Positions 41,058-51,528 of a stretch of 64,000 bases of DNA are shown here, piece by piece. The notes below the pieces were generated by a model. It worked only from the letters and a program-made list of their open reading frames with translations, did no database searches and had not been told where the DNA came from. The stretch is from positions 31,679 to 95,678 of the IMG/VR virus record IMGVR_UViG_3300012942_000035; one strand, given 5' to 3'. The translations under genes and the position numbers were made by a program. How positions within the stretch are numbered: the stretch's first letter is position 1; each line of letters starts with the position of its first letter. Origin of the DNA: a virus.

Positions 41058-41870
41058 ATGTCATTAGGATTGAAGGAATATCAGGCTCGTAAGGCAGAGG
41101 AAGAAGCCCGCCGCGAAGCCGCCTCTAAGCCGAAGGTGAATCGCCTCAGTTTGGAGAAGGACGGAGATTCCGTCATCGTAAGATTCGCTCAGGAGTTGGA
41201 CCACGACGCCAAGAACTACAACGAGGACCGTGGTATCGGATTTGTCAACATTGAGCACAACCACCCGGACCCGAAGGTAGGTTGGAGAAACAGGGCATCG
41301 TGTTCTATCGAAACCCAGGGTGCATGCCTTCCGTGTGAGAAGGTTGCCAATCGCGATGTGGAATGGGCCGACCGTAAGGGTTGGAAGCAGAAGGAGAAGT
41401 TCTACATCAACGTAGTTGCAGGAGAGCCTCGTGAAGTCAAGGAGACTCGTAACAATAGGGAATACACGAAGTATCTTCCGACGAACATTGACGAGGATAC
41501 CGGCGACGGCACGGTATATCTTCTAGAGCAGGGAACCTATAACGGTATCTACAATGACCTTGCAAACTACTTCTTGGAGTCAAAGATTTCTGGTGACACC
41601 ATCACCAACAAGTATTTCAAGATTAGTCGTAAGGGTTCTGGATTCAACGATACCTCCTACAGTGTCTTGGCACTACAGGATATCCCGAAGAAGGCGAAGT
41701 CTCTAGATGACTTTGAACTTTACAACATCAAGGAGGACGTACTGGTAGAGGTTCCTTACAACCAGCAGGAAGCATTCTACTACCGTGGTATTGAGAGTGA
41801 TTACTCCGCTCCTGCAAAGGGCGCTCCGGTAGAAGAGTCTGAGGCTACCAGCACAGACAACGATTGGTAA
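41058..41870 (+). CDS. Single-stranded DNA-binding protein (gp32-like)
   Basis: H...C...CLPC zinc motif, FYINV, KISRKGSGFNDTSY, acidic C-terminal tail ending DNDW. Confidence 0.75.
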   Translation: MSLGLKEYQARKAEEEARREAASKPKVNRLSLEKDGDSVIVRFAQELDHDAKNYNEDRGIGFVNIEHNHPDPKVGWRNRASCSIETQGACLPCEKVANRDVEWADRKGWKQKEKFYINVVAGEPREVKETRNNREYTKYLPTNIDEDTGDGTVYLLEQGTYNGIYNDLANYFLESKISGDTITNKYFKISRKGSGFNDTSYSVLALQDIPKKAKSLDDFELYNIKEDVLVEVPYNQQEAFYYRGIESDYSAPAKGAPVEESEATSTDNDW

Positions 41871-42169
41871 GTTCTAAATATAAGAATTTCATGAGGTCTC
41901 CTTCGTGGGCAAAGAAACGCGAGCAGGCATTCAACTACTACGGTAGAAAGTGCTATGCTTGTGGCTCACGAAGGGGGCCTCTGCAAATTCATCACCTGAC
42001 ATACGCTAGATTCGGCGGTAGAGAATTGATGCGAGATTTACGACCTCTTTGTACCCCTTGCCATAGAGAGGTAACTGCTCTACACTGGAAGATGGGAAAG
42101 AGGAAGTATAACGGTGAATACGTATTCGCCATTTTCATGAAGATGAAGAAGTCCAATCGTAAAGCGTAA
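41864..42169 (+). CDS. HNH endonuclease
   Basis: CYACG...LQIHHLTY...LCTPCH. Confidence 0.8.
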   Translation: MVSSKYKNFMRSPSWAKKREQAFNYYGRKCYACGSRRGPLQIHHLTYARFGGRELMRDLRPLCTPCHREVTALHWKMGKRKYNGEYVFAIFMKMKKSNRKA

Positions 42170-42243
42170 CTCATTGTTGCCTACCGGCCCGGTAGGTAAA
42201 TATACGATACATAAGCGCAAGGCGCTCACAATCAAAGGATGAA

Positions 42244-45200
42244 ATGAAGTACCACGAACTACACCTACACGACCACTATTCTGCACTAGATGGTCTCAAT
42301 ACGCCAGAGGAATATATGAAGCGCGCCGCAGAAATCGGCATGACGCATCTGGCACAAACTAATCACGGTACGCTATCCGGCCACCGAGACTTCCAAAGAG
42401 CCGCAAAGGCAGCCGGTATTATTCCAATCCTTGGTGTAGAGGCATACATATCCTCCACCGACCGTTTCGATAGGCGTACCGCCGCCAAGCGAGAAGATGG
42501 TACGCAAACCTATAACCACATCGGTCTGTTGGCGATGAATGAGAATGGTTTGAAGAACCTCAACGCCCTCATGCGTGAGGCATGGAATTCAGGTTTCTAC
42601 TCCAAGCCCCGTATTGATATGGAACTCTTGGGCGAGCATGGCGATGATATCATCGTACTATCTGGTTGCCTCAATGGACTCATCAGCAAGTCCATCGAGC
42701 GCCAAGAGGCCGAGAAGGGGTTGCGTACCGCGCAGCACTTGAAGGATATCTTCGGGGAGAGATTCTTCATCGAGATTCAGGGACATAATCCTCCCGAGAT
42801 TAATTCCGGTCTGTTGGAGGTAGCCAAGGATGCTGGGGTGCTCACGGTAGTAACCAGCGATTGCCACTATGCTCGTAAAGAGGATTTGTGGATTGAGGAA
42901 GCCATGCTCATCCTCTCCACCAAGCCCAAGGCCAAGAGTGGATTCGACTTCTCCAAGTCCCAGACCATGGATTATCTGGAACGATACAACTATCTATATC
43001 CAGACAGGAAGATGACGTTCCAGGAGATTGAAATCTACCTGCATTCTGCTGCTGAGCAAATGGCGCTCTTGGAGAAGCAGGGAATAGGTACCGAGCCGAT
43101 TACGAATACTGACGTTGTGGCATCTATGATTGGTGAGTATCCGTATTATGAGGGTCTCGACCTCCTACCGAGCCCGGATAAGTCTATCACTGACCTTGAC
43201 CAGTCCTTGGAGGATTTGGTGTTCAAGGGTCTAGCGGAGCGCGGTTTGGCAGACAAGCCGGAATATGTACAGCGTATACATGATGAGTTGAAGGTCATCA
43301 AGCAGAAGAACTTTGCAGTATACTTCCTCATTCTGGCTGATGTTGTGGAATGGGCGAGGTCGAAGGATATCTTCATCGGCCCCGGTAGGGGTAGTGGTAT
43401 TTCATCACTAGTCAACTACTGCCTGTTCATTACCAATATCGACCCTATTCCATACAAACTACAGTTCTTCCGATTCTTAGACCCAGCCCGAGATGACTGG
43501 CCTGACATTGATATTGACATTGAAATCAACCGCAGGTACGAGGTCAAAGAATATGTGAATCGTAAGTATGGATATACGGCCAATATCATGACGTTCAACT
43601 ACTTCCGTGGTAAGTCTGCTATCAAGGCCGCAGCATCTGTATTCAAGATTCCTACGGGTGAAGTGAACAAGGCTACCAGTCTACTGGTCGATGACCCGGA
43701 CTACCCGGTGATGGAGGCATATTCTACTTCCGAGGCCACAAGAGAATTCAGGAACAAGTATCCAGAGGTAGAGCCGCTGGCGCGAGCATTGGAGGGTCGT
43801 ATCAGGGGCACCGGTATGCACGCAGGCGGAACGGTAATCTCGAAAATGCCGATTGAAGAATACGTTCCCATGGAGACCAGGGTTGACCCAAATGATGAAG
43901 CCAAGGGTAGAGTTCCGGTCATTGGAATTGATATGATTGACGCCGCTAATATCGGTCTCATCAAATATGACTTCCTTGGACTGAACAACCTTACGGTGAT
44001 TCTTGAGACCATAGACAGGATATATGAGCGTACAGGCGAGAAGATTGACCCGTACCGTATCCCATTAGATGATGCATCCGTGTATGAGATGCTTTCCAAG
44101 GGATACACCAAGGGTGTGTTCCAGTGTGAGGGTGGGCCGTACACCAAGTTGCTTGTCAAGATGGGCGGGGTAGATAACTTCGATGACCTTGTAGCATCCA
44201 ATGCCCTTGTACGACCAGGAGCATCCAACTCTTCTATTGGTGTAAACTACATCAAGGGTAAGGAGACTGGCGAGTTTGAATTCATTCACGCCGATGCTGA
44301 ATACTTCACGCGAGACACATTCGGACAGATTCTATTCCAGGAACAACAGATGCTGCTTTGTACTGAGGTCGCCGGTATGTCTATGAGTGACGCTAACCAG
44401 GTCAGGCAGGCCATTGGTAAGAAGAAGGCAGACAAACTTGCAATATGGGAGCCTGCCTTTGTAGAGGGTGCGTCCAAGAAGATTGGTAATAGGCGAGCCC
44501 AGGCCGTATGGAATGACTTGGAGAAGTCTGCCGAATATGCATTCAACAAGGCGCACTCGGTAGGATATTCGATGATTTCATATTGGACCGCCTGGTTCAA
44601 GGTACACTATCCGGTAGAATACATGACCAGCGTGCTCAACCACCTATCCGGCCAAGATGTCAAGACCAAGGCTCTGTTCTACCTCATGGAAGCCAAGCGT
44701 ATGGGTGTCAGAGTCAAGTTGCCACACGTCAATGCGTCAGATATAGAGAACTCTGTTGAGGACGGTGCTATCAGGATGGGGCTGTCATCAATCAAATACA
44801 TCTCCGACAAGGTGGGTAGTAAGATTGTTGATAATGGGCCGTATGCAAACTATGCACAATTGATTGAGACGGCATCGACAAAGGGTTCCGGTATCAATAG
44901 TAGGGCCATAGATGCTATGAACAAGGTCGGTGCCGCCGCCTTTGACGACAACCCTCGTAGTGGCAATGAGCGTGAGAACTTCTATGAGTATTTGAACATA
45001 CCAGCGTTCGACTCCAAGGAACTGCCGTCTGACGTGAAGGTACAATTCAGAGACCTGTCTGAATACACTGAGAACGAGGCGTTCTTGGTCTGCGGAATGG
45101 TGTACAATATCAAGGTGGGCCAGGGATGGTCTCTGGTAGAGGTTGTCGATGAATCCGGCAGCGCCGGAATGTTCGCAGCACAGAACGTCCCATTGGAAAA

Positions 45201-45546
45201 GGGTAAGATATACGTCATACTCGTGAGCAACAATAGAATAGCCCGATATATCACCACTGATGAGATATTGGATGGGTCGGGCGGTAATCTTACCAAGTTC
45301 TTGAATGCTAACAGGTTGAAACTCAATGATGGAGAATACAGATGTATCTCATTCAACAAGAGGACAACCAAGGCCGGTAGAATAATGGCAGATGCTGTAT
45401 TCTCTGATGCTGATAAGAATCTCACCGGGTGTATGGTATTCAGTTCTGTGGTTGATAAAGCAACGATACCGTGTGTCACGGGAGCGAAAGTCAAGCCCGT
45501 CTTTGCAGAAACTAAAGACGGCGCAATCTATTTGAAGGATATTTAA
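42244..45546 (+). CDS. dnaE: DNA polymerase III alpha subunit
   Basis: PHP domain (LHLHDHYSALDG, TNHG), GPGRGS, PDIDID, HAGG, KYDFLGL, YAFNKAHS; no intein apparent. Confidence 0.95.
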   Translation: MKYHELHLHDHYSALDGLNTPEEYMKRAAEIGMTHLAQTNHGTLSGHRDFQRAAKAAGIIPILGVEAYISSTDRFDRRTAAKREDGTQTYNHIGLLAMNENGLKNLNALMREAWNSGFYSKPRIDMELLGEHGDDIIVLSGCLNGLISKSIERQEAEKGLRTAQHLKDIFGERFFIEIQGHNPPEINSGLLEVAKDAGVLTVVTSDCHYARKEDLWIEEAMLILSTKPKAKSGFDFSKSQTMDYLERYNYLYPDRKMTFQEIEIYLHSAAEQMALLEKQGIGTEPITNTDVVASMIGEYPYYEGLDLLPSPDKSITDLDQSLEDLVFKGLAERGLADKPEYVQRIHDELKVIKQKNFAVYFLILADVVEWARSKDIFIGPGRGSGISSLVNYCLFITNIDPIPYKLQFFRFLDPARDDWPDIDIDIEINRRYEVKEYVNRKYGYTANIMTFNYFRGKSAIKAAASVFKIPTGEVNKATSLLVDDPDYPVMEAYSTSEATREFRNKYPEVEPLARALEGRIRGTGMHAGGTVISKMPIEEYVPMETRVDPNDEAKGRVPVIGIDMIDAANIGLIKYDFLGLNNLTVILETIDRIYERTGEKIDPYRIPLDDASVYEMLSKGYTKGVFQCEGGPYTKLLVKMGGVDNFDDLVASNALVRPGASNSSIGVNYIKGKETGEFEFIHADAEYFTRDTFGQILFQEQQMLLCTEVAGMSMSDANQVRQAIGKKKADKLAIWEPAFVEGASKKIGNRRAQAVWNDLEKSAEYAFNKAHSVGYSMISYWTAWFKVHYPVEYMTSVLNHLSGQDVKTKALFYLMEAKRMGVRVKLPHVNASDIENSVEDGAIRMGLSSIKYISDKVGSKIVDNGPYANYAQLIETASTKGSGINSRAIDAMNKVGAAAFDDNPRSGNERENFYEYLNIPAFDSKELPSDVKVQFRDLSEYTENEAFLVCGMVYNIKVGQGWSLVEVVDESGSAGMFAAQNVPLEKGKIYVILVSNNRIARYITTDEILDGSGGNLTKFLNANRLKLNDGEYRCISFNKRTTKAGRIMADAVFSDADKNLTGCMVFSSVVDKATIPCVTGAKVKPVFAETKDGAIYLKDI

Positions 45547-45734
45547 TGGAAGATGAAGGTATAGTAGCAATACTAGGATTGATATTGCTACAGTCAGGTG
45601 GAGAGATTAGGATACCGATGGAGGCTATTGTCAAGGGCCTGCCGTCCTATTCTGGCGTTCAGGTGTTCCCAGATGAAGCCAAGGATGAGTTGGTCATCCG
45701 TATAAGTACATTTGAGGACGCCGATGCCGAGTAG
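45546..45734 (+). CDS. Small hypothetical protein
   Basis: TAATG coupling to dnaE. Confidence 0.6.
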   Translation: MEDEGIVAILGLILLQSGGEIRIPMEAIVKGLPSYSGVQVFPDEAKDELVIRISTFEDADAE

Positions 45735-46179
45735 TGAGGAATTGCAGCAGGCGTACGGCCCTGACGAGGAAATCTTGGGGATTCACGATGTCTTAGATGT
45801 GGCCTATCACGATTTGAAGGATAAACTCGATGACTTGAAGGTCGATGTTGAATCTGCCAGATGGGATAGACTCGCCCAGACCATGCATGAGACCAGCGTG
45901 TCCAAGGGGTTCTGGTCTGACCCCGAGATGATGGACAAGTATGCCGCCAAGTTGGCACTCATCCATTCTGAGGTAACAGAGGTATTGGAGGCGTTGCGCA
46001 AGCGCCAGGGTGCCGATGCGGTAACAGAGGAATTCGCAGACATTCTCATTCGTACCTTCGACCTACATGCCACTTTGGTAGAGGCTGGCGAGGCCGCACC
46101 TAACTTGTACAGAGTGATGGTGGAGAAGATGAACACCAATAAGAACAGACCGGCCCTACATAACCATAGGTGGGGATGA
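45724..46179 (+). CDS. mazG: MazG-like nucleotide pyrophosphohydrolase
   Basis: LALIHSEVTEVLEALRK...EEFADILIRTFD...KMNTNKNR. Confidence 0.8.
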   Translation: MPSSEELQQAYGPDEEILGIHDVLDVAYHDLKDKLDDLKVDVESARWDRLAQTMHETSVSKGFWSDPEMMDKYAAKLALIHSEVTEVLEALRKRQGADAVTEEFADILIRTFDLHATLVEAGEAAPNLYRVMVEKMNTNKNRPALHNHRWG

Positions 46180-46180
46180 G

Positions 46181-46223
46181 ACAACAGGCGCGGTAGAATC
46201 TACCGCGCCTGTTGTGCTATAAT
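46181..46223 (+). promoter_or_regulatory. 17-bp perfect inverted repeat abutting the extended -10 promoter of recA
   Basis: ACAACAGGCGCGGTAGA-A-TCTACCGCGCCTGTTGT, with TGcTATAAT overlapping its last base. Confidence 0.65.
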
Positions 46224-46245
46224 TGTATAGGAAGGCAGGGATACT

Positions 46246-47259
46246 TTGACAGCAATTGATGATGTATTAGCGAGACTGAATCCGAGAACCGCACAGTCTT
46301 TCAGGCTAGCATCACAGATACAAACTAAATATCTCCCAACCCCGAGCCTTGGGTTGAACATGGCTATAAATGGGTTGAGATATGGTGGTTTCACAACAGT
46401 ATACGGTAATCGTGGTAGCGGTAAGACCATGTTCGCATTGCAGGCAGCAGCCGAGGCACAGAAAGACGGCAAGACTGTAGCATGGCTGGACGTGGAGAAG
46501 AACTTCGAACCGTCCTGGGCACGACGCCTGGGGGCAGATGTAGATAGCATGTATGTAGATTCGCAGACTATCAGCATCGCCGGTATGGCAAACAAGGCCG
46601 TAGACTTCATTCACGCCGGTATAGATGTTCTCGTCATCGACTCTATTTCACAGTTACTTCCTCAGTCCTATTTCGAGGATGCCAAGGAAGGTGCTACAGA
46701 GTTGAAAGACCTACAGAACACTGGTCAGATTGGTACGTTCTCAAAGAACATGGGACAGGCTATCAATATGATGAACAGCGTGAATCAGGGTACGGCAATC
46801 ATTTTGATTTCTCAGGTGAGGAACAAGATTGGCTCATATGGCGGCGGTCTGGAATTCCAGGGCGGCAAGGCCGTAGAGCATGCGAGTTCAACGATATTGA
46901 AACTCTGGCGCACACCATCAGACTCGATTGAGGCTGAGGTACATGTGGGTGACGGACTACTCCTTAAGAGGCCCGTAGGAGCCCCTGTAACGTGGACTGT
47001 GGAAAAGAACAGAGGCCCCGGTATGGGAATGTCAAACTCGTATGATATTTACACAGGAGGCGATTTCAGAGGCATCGACCTCACGGGCGAGGTAGTCACC
47101 TATGGTGTTGAATATGGCATCATCAAGAAGGGTGGCGCATGGTTCACCGTGGGTGATGAGAGGTTCCAGGGTCGTCCTAAGGTTATTGATTATCTGAGGA
47201 ACAACCCAGATGTTCAAGAGAAGATTTACGGAGAGATTCTTGCCAAATCCATTCAATGA
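46246..47259 (+). CDS. recA: RecA-like recombinase
   Basis: GNRGSGKT, LDVEKNF, VIDSIS, ISQVR, GGKAVEH, KKGGAWF. Confidence 0.92.
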   Translation: MTAIDDVLARLNPRTAQSFRLASQIQTKYLPTPSLGLNMAINGLRYGGFTTVYGNRGSGKTMFALQAAAEAQKDGKTVAWLDVEKNFEPSWARRLGADVDSMYVDSQTISIAGMANKAVDFIHAGIDVLVIDSISQLLPQSYFEDAKEGATELKDLQNTGQIGTFSKNMGQAINMMNSVNQGTAIILISQVRNKIGSYGGGLEFQGGKAVEHASSTILKLWRTPSDSIEAEVHVGDGLLLKRPVGAPVTWTVEKNRGPGMGMSNSYDIYTGGDFRGIDLTGEVVTYGVEYGIIKKGGAWFTVGDERFQGRPKVIDYLRNNPDVQEKIYGEILAKSIQ

Positions 47260-47455
47260 TTCTGTATGGGGTTTGCCGAAGGATGCGAACCCAGAGGTGG
47301 CAGATGATGTGATTGAGGTAACTAATAGTTACCTCACTTGTGAACGCTGTTTCTCCATCGCCACCACAGGCAGATATAACGAGAAGAAGCAGATTCTATG
47401 GTTCACATGCCCGGAATGCAATGCCGTCAATGAGGTAAGGCATATAGAACTATGA
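47210..47455 (+). CDS. Small zinc-binding protein
   Basis: CERC...CPEC. Confidence 0.55.
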   Translation: MFKRRFTERFLPNPFNDSVWGLPKDANPEVADDVIEVTNSYLTCERCFSIATTGRYNEKKQILWFTCPECNAVNEVRHIEL

Positions 47456-47760
47456 GTGAGGCTAGTGAGGTTAAGCGTGATGGTGCTCGCGCCCAGAAGA
47501 ACTCTGGGCGCGGGCAGTATCAAAAAGGAGATTCCATCTTGGATATCTTCACAGTTGACTACAAGGAATACTCCAAGTCATTCTCTGTGAGCCGTGACGT
47601 ATGGGCAAAAATATGTTCAGATGCCTTTAGGAATGGTCAGAACGAACCGGCATTGAAACTCGTGCTCGGCTCCGGTAATGAGAAGATTCGCCTATGGGTC
47701 GTAGCCGAACACATCATAGAGGATTATATTAGACTTAGAAAGGCAGAGGAAGGTGACTGA
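47452..47760 (+). CDS. Holliday junction resolvase (PD-(D/E)xK, Hjc-like)
   Basis: KNSGRG..KGD...VDYKEY. Confidence 0.65.
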   Translation: MSEASEVKRDGARAQKNSGRGQYQKGDSILDIFTVDYKEYSKSFSVSRDVWAKICSDAFRNGQNEPALKLVLGSGNEKIRLWVVAEHIIEDYIRLRKAEEGD

Positions 47761-48091
47761 CAAGACTAGTCTAGAGTATATTTCAGACATTCAGGACTTT
47801 ATAGACTTACACGACTTCTTACAAGAGGATGCTGACTTCTTAGAGGCTCTGGATATGGGTTTGAAGTGTATAGCGAAGCCGGACCTACCGCCCGCGATTG
47901 CTCGTCAGGTAATGGTACAGATGCAGGGGTACGCCATGCGTTTCAAGATGCAGCATCTTGTATACATGCAGATACACACCGGTCGCACCGGTAGCATAGA
48001 GAATGTCAAGAAGAATGCCTATGCATATATGTCAGACCAATGTCACAACCTAGCACAAACTTTGAAATATCTAGTGAGGGAAAACTTTTGA
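47753..48091 (+). CDS. Hypothetical protein
   Basis: 112-aa ORF overlapping both neighbours. Confidence 0.6.
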   Translation: MTDKTSLEYISDIQDFIDLHDFLQEDADFLEALDMGLKCIAKPDLPPAIARQVMVQMQGYAMRFKMQHLVYMQIHTGRTGSIENVKKNAYAYMSDQCHNLAQTLKYLVRENF

Positions 48092-48876
48092 GAGAAATAG
48101 TAGACTTTAGTAAGCAAAGCCTGGCACAGAAGAGATTCAATGCTCATAAAATGGCAGATTTGCTTGAGAAGGCATATATGTCAAGTAGGCGCGAGCCCAA
48201 TGACAGGGCGAAGAAGTCGTTTGCACCATCGGGAATCGGATATGGTGCGGGAACATGCCCTAGGCGTTGGTGGTATGACTTCAACGGTGGCGTTCTCCGT
48301 GTAGATGAGCCGGACGCAATCGGTATTGCCAATATGGCCTATGGTACGGAGGCGCATGAAAGAATTCAGAACTTGTTCGACACCGCTGGTATTCTCGTAG
48401 AGGCTGAGCGCAAGGTTGTCACAGACGACCAACCCGATATGCCACCGGTATTCGGATTCGCTGACCTCATCATAAACTGGCAGGGTGAAGAGGCTGTGGG
48501 AGAAATCAAGACTACATCTCAAGAGTCCTTCGTGGCCAAGTCCGCTAAGGGCCAGCCAGCAGGGTATCATCTTCTACAGGTATTGATTTATATGAAAGTC
48601 CTTGGTTTGAACAAGGGCTTCTTACTTTATGAGAACAAGAACTCTCAGCAGATGCTCATCATGCCGGTGACCTGGAATGTCGCAAACACCAAACTCATTG
48701 ATGATACATTCGAATGGATGAATCTGGTTTATGGTAATGCTATGAACGGCTCTCTTCCCAAGAGGCCGTTCAGGTCTGAGAAGTCAGTGGTATGCAAGAC
48801 GTGCCCGTTCTTGAAGCATTGCTGGAATGACGAACCCGGCTCGGTAGAACTACCAGTATTGGAAGTGCCGAAGTAA
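48088..48876 (+). CDS. Cas4-family (PD-(D/E)xK) exonuclease
   Basis: CPRR, GTEAHE, GFADL, GEIKT, QVLIY, C-terminal CKTCPFLKHC Fe-S motif. Confidence 0.85.
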   Translation: MREIVDFSKQSLAQKRFNAHKMADLLEKAYMSSRREPNDRAKKSFAPSGIGYGAGTCPRRWWYDFNGGVLRVDEPDAIGIANMAYGTEAHERIQNLFDTAGILVEAERKVVTDDQPDMPPVFGFADLIINWQGEEAVGEIKTTSQESFVAKSAKGQPAGYHLLQVLIYMKVLGLNKGFLLYENKNSQQMLIMPVTWNVANTKLIDDTFEWMNLVYGNAMNGSLPKRPFRSEKSVVCKTCPFLKHCWNDEPGSVELPVLEVPK

Positions 48877-48902
48877 AGCATGCAACAGAGCGGGGGTGAT
48901 AA

Positions 48903-49205
48903 TTGATGATTGGTGATGAATTTATCTGCGCCAGACCAGGTTGCGGAGTGAAGGCGTTCAAGACCACCCATAATCAGAAGTATTGCACCAACGAGTGTTG
49001 CAGAATAGAGACGAATCGCAAGATTATGGAGAAGTACCATGAGCGAGCGGCAATCAAGAAGGGCAAGAAGAGACAATGCAAATCGTGTGGTACTAGTCTG
49101 TCAAGATATAACGAAAGTGACCTATGTGGCGCATGTGAAACCAAGAAACGTACAGAGTATGTGGGCGAAGCCGCGCAATTAATGGCGTCAGTGTCCTGGC
49201 TCTGA
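48903..49205 (+). CDS. Cys-rich zinc-binding protein
   Basis: CARPGC, YCTNECC, CKSC, CGAC. Confidence 0.65.
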   Translation: MMIGDEFICARPGCGVKAFKTTHNQKYCTNECCRIETNRKIMEKYHERAAIKKGKKRQCKSCGTSLSRYNESDLCGACETKKRTEYVGEAAQLMASVSWL

Positions 49206-49217
49206 TATAATTGAGTA

Positions 49218-49790
49218 ATGAAGTATTCAGACTTAGTTAAACGTGAGGCCGGTAGAGTCATAGGAATAGATTGTTCCACCAATTCATTAGCCTATGCCAT
49301 TTTTGAGAATGGCGACCCGGTAATATGTGGAGAAATAATGTTCAAGGGGGCTAATATATATGAACGACTTAATGACGCTAGAAGAAAGACTCAGGCTCTT
49401 GTGGATTCACGAGTGTTATGTGGTGATTACGTCGGAATGGAAGCCGCTATCGCCGCTAAGTCAGGAGCCGTGACTATCAAGTTGAGTTACGTATACGGTG
49501 CCGTGCTGAGTGTGTTGATGCAGAATAAGATGCAGGTCGAGACGGTATACCCGATTACCTGGCAAACATTCATAGGCAATCCCAACTTGAAGCCTGACGA
49601 GAAGAAGGCGCTCAGGGAGAAGTTTCCTGGGCACAAGGATTCGTGGTATCAGAACGAGGGTCGTAAGATGAGGAAGCAAAGGACATTGGACTTTGCCAAG
49701 AAGTATTTTACGATACCGGGCGATTCTGATAACGTCGGTGATGCCGTAGGTATCGCGTACTATACTAGCGAGCAGTTGACGAGACGATGA
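49218..49790 (+). CDS. ruvC: RuvC-like resolvase
   Basis: VIGIDCSTNSLAY, GME, YPITWQ, DNVGDAVGIA. Confidence 0.8.
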   Translation: MKYSDLVKREAGRVIGIDCSTNSLAYAIFENGDPVICGEIMFKGANIYERLNDARRKTQALVDSRVLCGDYVGMEAAIAAKSGAVTIKLSYVYGAVLSVLMQNKMQVETVYPITWQTFIGNPNLKPDEKKALREKFPGHKDSWYQNEGRKMRKQRTLDFAKKYFTIPGDSDNVGDAVGIAYYTSEQLTRR

Positions 49791-49933
49791 GTAACAAACT
49801 ATATCAATCTGAGAAGTGGTTGAGATACCACTATCTAAGATTGAGGAAGTCGCCAGAAGAAATCGCAAAGATGTGCGACTGTACCCCTATGACCATCTAT
49901 AGGGCGTTGAAACAATATGGATTGAGAAGATGA
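49787..49933 (+). CDS. Small HTH DNA-binding protein (48 aa, not in ORF track)
   Basis: MSNKLYQSEKWLRYHYLRLRKSPEEIAKMCDCTPMTIYRALKQYGLRR; ATGA overlaps at both ends. Confidence 0.75.
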   Translation: MSNKLYQSEKWLRYHYLRLRKSPEEIAKMCDCTPMTIYRALKQYGLRR

Positions 49934-50250
49934 AGTTCAGAACCAAGCCGTTTGAGATTGAAGCATACCAGTTCAATGACGAGCCTAACGACTATAACAG
50001 GCTATCGTACTTTACTGAGAATCAGTTCTGGTCGGTAGGTGTCGAAGATAGAGGCGACGACCCAGACATCATTGCTGAGGTATACGATAAACTACACTCC
50101 ACCTGGGTGGGCGTCAAGAAGGGTCAATGGATTATCAAGGGCAACAAGGGAGAGTTCTACCCTTGTGACGATGAGATATTCAAAGCCAAGTACGAGCCGG
50201 TAGTTGATGAGAATCAATATGCCGATGGACACACCTACGACCGCACATGA
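49930..50250 (+). CDS. Conserved phage protein (PGDYG-like)
   Basis: KFRTKPFEIEAYQF...GQWIIKGNKGEFYPCDDEIFKAKYE. Confidence 0.7.
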   Translation: MKFRTKPFEIEAYQFNDEPNDYNRLSYFTENQFWSVGVEDRGDDPDIIAEVYDKLHSTWVGVKKGQWIIKGNKGEFYPCDDEIFKAKYEPVVDENQYADGHTYDRT

Positions 50251-50885
50251 GATACACCATATTCAGTGTAGACGATTCACGCAAACACTACACGGACGCT
50301 ATCAGGCAAACACTTTCCGATTGGGAGGAAGTACCGGCGCTGGCGGTAGATGGTAGGATTCCTGCTGAGTTGGCAAAGGCTCAGGATATTCATAGATATC
50401 CGGTGAACTATCTATCACAATACGGTTCACCATTGGTGGGTCAGTTGGGTATATGGTATGGTGTGTTGAATGCCTTGGAGTATGCTCCCATCGTAACCAT
50501 AGAAGATGACGCTATCCTTGGGCATGACTTCCACTTCCATTGGCGTAATAGGTTGACATATATTCCTAAGGACGCAGACTTCTTTAGTCTGTTCCTTCCG
50601 AGGGACTCGGACCATATGTTCAACAAGGCTCGCGCGGTAAATAATGTGGTCACTCCCACCTACCAAAGATACGGTGGGGTATCCATGTACTATACTGAGA
50701 AAGGTGCTAATAATATCAAGGCGCTGCTAGACCGCGACGGTATTACCGGTCAATATGATGATACTCTATATAGATATTCACAACTTGGTGAATTGAAAGG
50801 GTATTGTTCTAGACCAGAGCATTCTGATTTAGTATATATAACAGGCTCTGAGAAGAGTATTGTGCAGGAGAGCGAATATGCTTGA
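50247..50885 (+). CDS. Glycosyltransferase (GT25-like)
   Basis: AVDGR, GQLGIWYG, TIEDDAIL, YYTEKGA motifs. Confidence 0.65.
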   Translation: MRYTIFSVDDSRKHYTDAIRQTLSDWEEVPALAVDGRIPAELAKAQDIHRYPVNYLSQYGSPLVGQLGIWYGVLNALEYAPIVTIEDDAILGHDFHFHWRNRLTYIPKDADFFSLFLPRDSDHMFNKARAVNNVVTPTYQRYGGVSMYYTEKGANNIKALLDRDGITGQYDDTLYRYSQLGELKGYCSRPEHSDLVYITGSEKSIVQESEYA

Positions 50886-51528
50886 TATGACTATATTGAT
50901 TCCAACACGCGAGCGACCACAGTCAGCCAAACGACAACACCCGCTCATTGATGTTGAGCATTACTATTGCATTGATGATGATGACCCGACAATCAATCAA
51001 TATTATGATGTATTGCCTCGGGAGAATATTTGGGTGGGACCGCCGAATAGATTGGGTGGCTGGCTCAACCATGCTTCACAACAACTGGTTGATAGACACT
51101 ATATGGATATTATTGGATTCGTGGGAGATGATGTTCTACCGAGGACACCGAATTGGGCCGGTATGATTTGTGAGGCCATGATACCCAATGGTATTGTTTA
51201 TTGCGATGATGGTTGGCAAGGACAGAATCTTCCTACCGCCGCATTCATGGACGCCACGATGATTGCCAAGGCCGGGTACATGGTGTATCCTGAACTGACG
51301 CATCTATACATCGACAATCATTGGAAGGCATGGGGCGAGGCGTTGGATTCTTTGGTGTATCTACCCGATGTGTATTTAGAGCATATGCATCCCTTCGCCG
51401 GTAAGTCTGATAGTGACGCCACCTATGAGCGTGCCAACCATCCAGATATGTATACTAAAGATGGTGAAGCGTATAGTAGATTCATCACTGATGAATTGAA
51501 TAAGTTGGTGACCAGAGTACGTGGCTAA
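50878..51528 (+). CDS. Glycosyltransferase (GT-A fold, GT2-like)
   Basis: ILIPTRERP, IDDDDP, FVGDDV, HLYIDN, LEHMHP. Confidence 0.75.
   Translation: MLDMTILIPTRERPQSAKRQHPLIDVEHYYCIDDDDPTINQYYDVLPRENIWVGPPNRLGGWLNHASQQLVDRHYMDIIGFVGDDVLPRTPNWAGMICEAMIPNGIVYCDDGWQGQNLPTAAFMDATMIAKAGYMVYPELTHLYIDNHWKAWGEALDSLVYLPDVYLEHMHPFAGKSDSDATYERANHPDMYTKDGEAYSRFITDELNKLVTRVRG

Noticed and set aside
48088..48876. Cas4-like gene as a sign of a CRISPR system
   Set aside because: No repeat-spacer array or other cas genes seen; solo Cas4-like nucleases are common in phage recombination modules.
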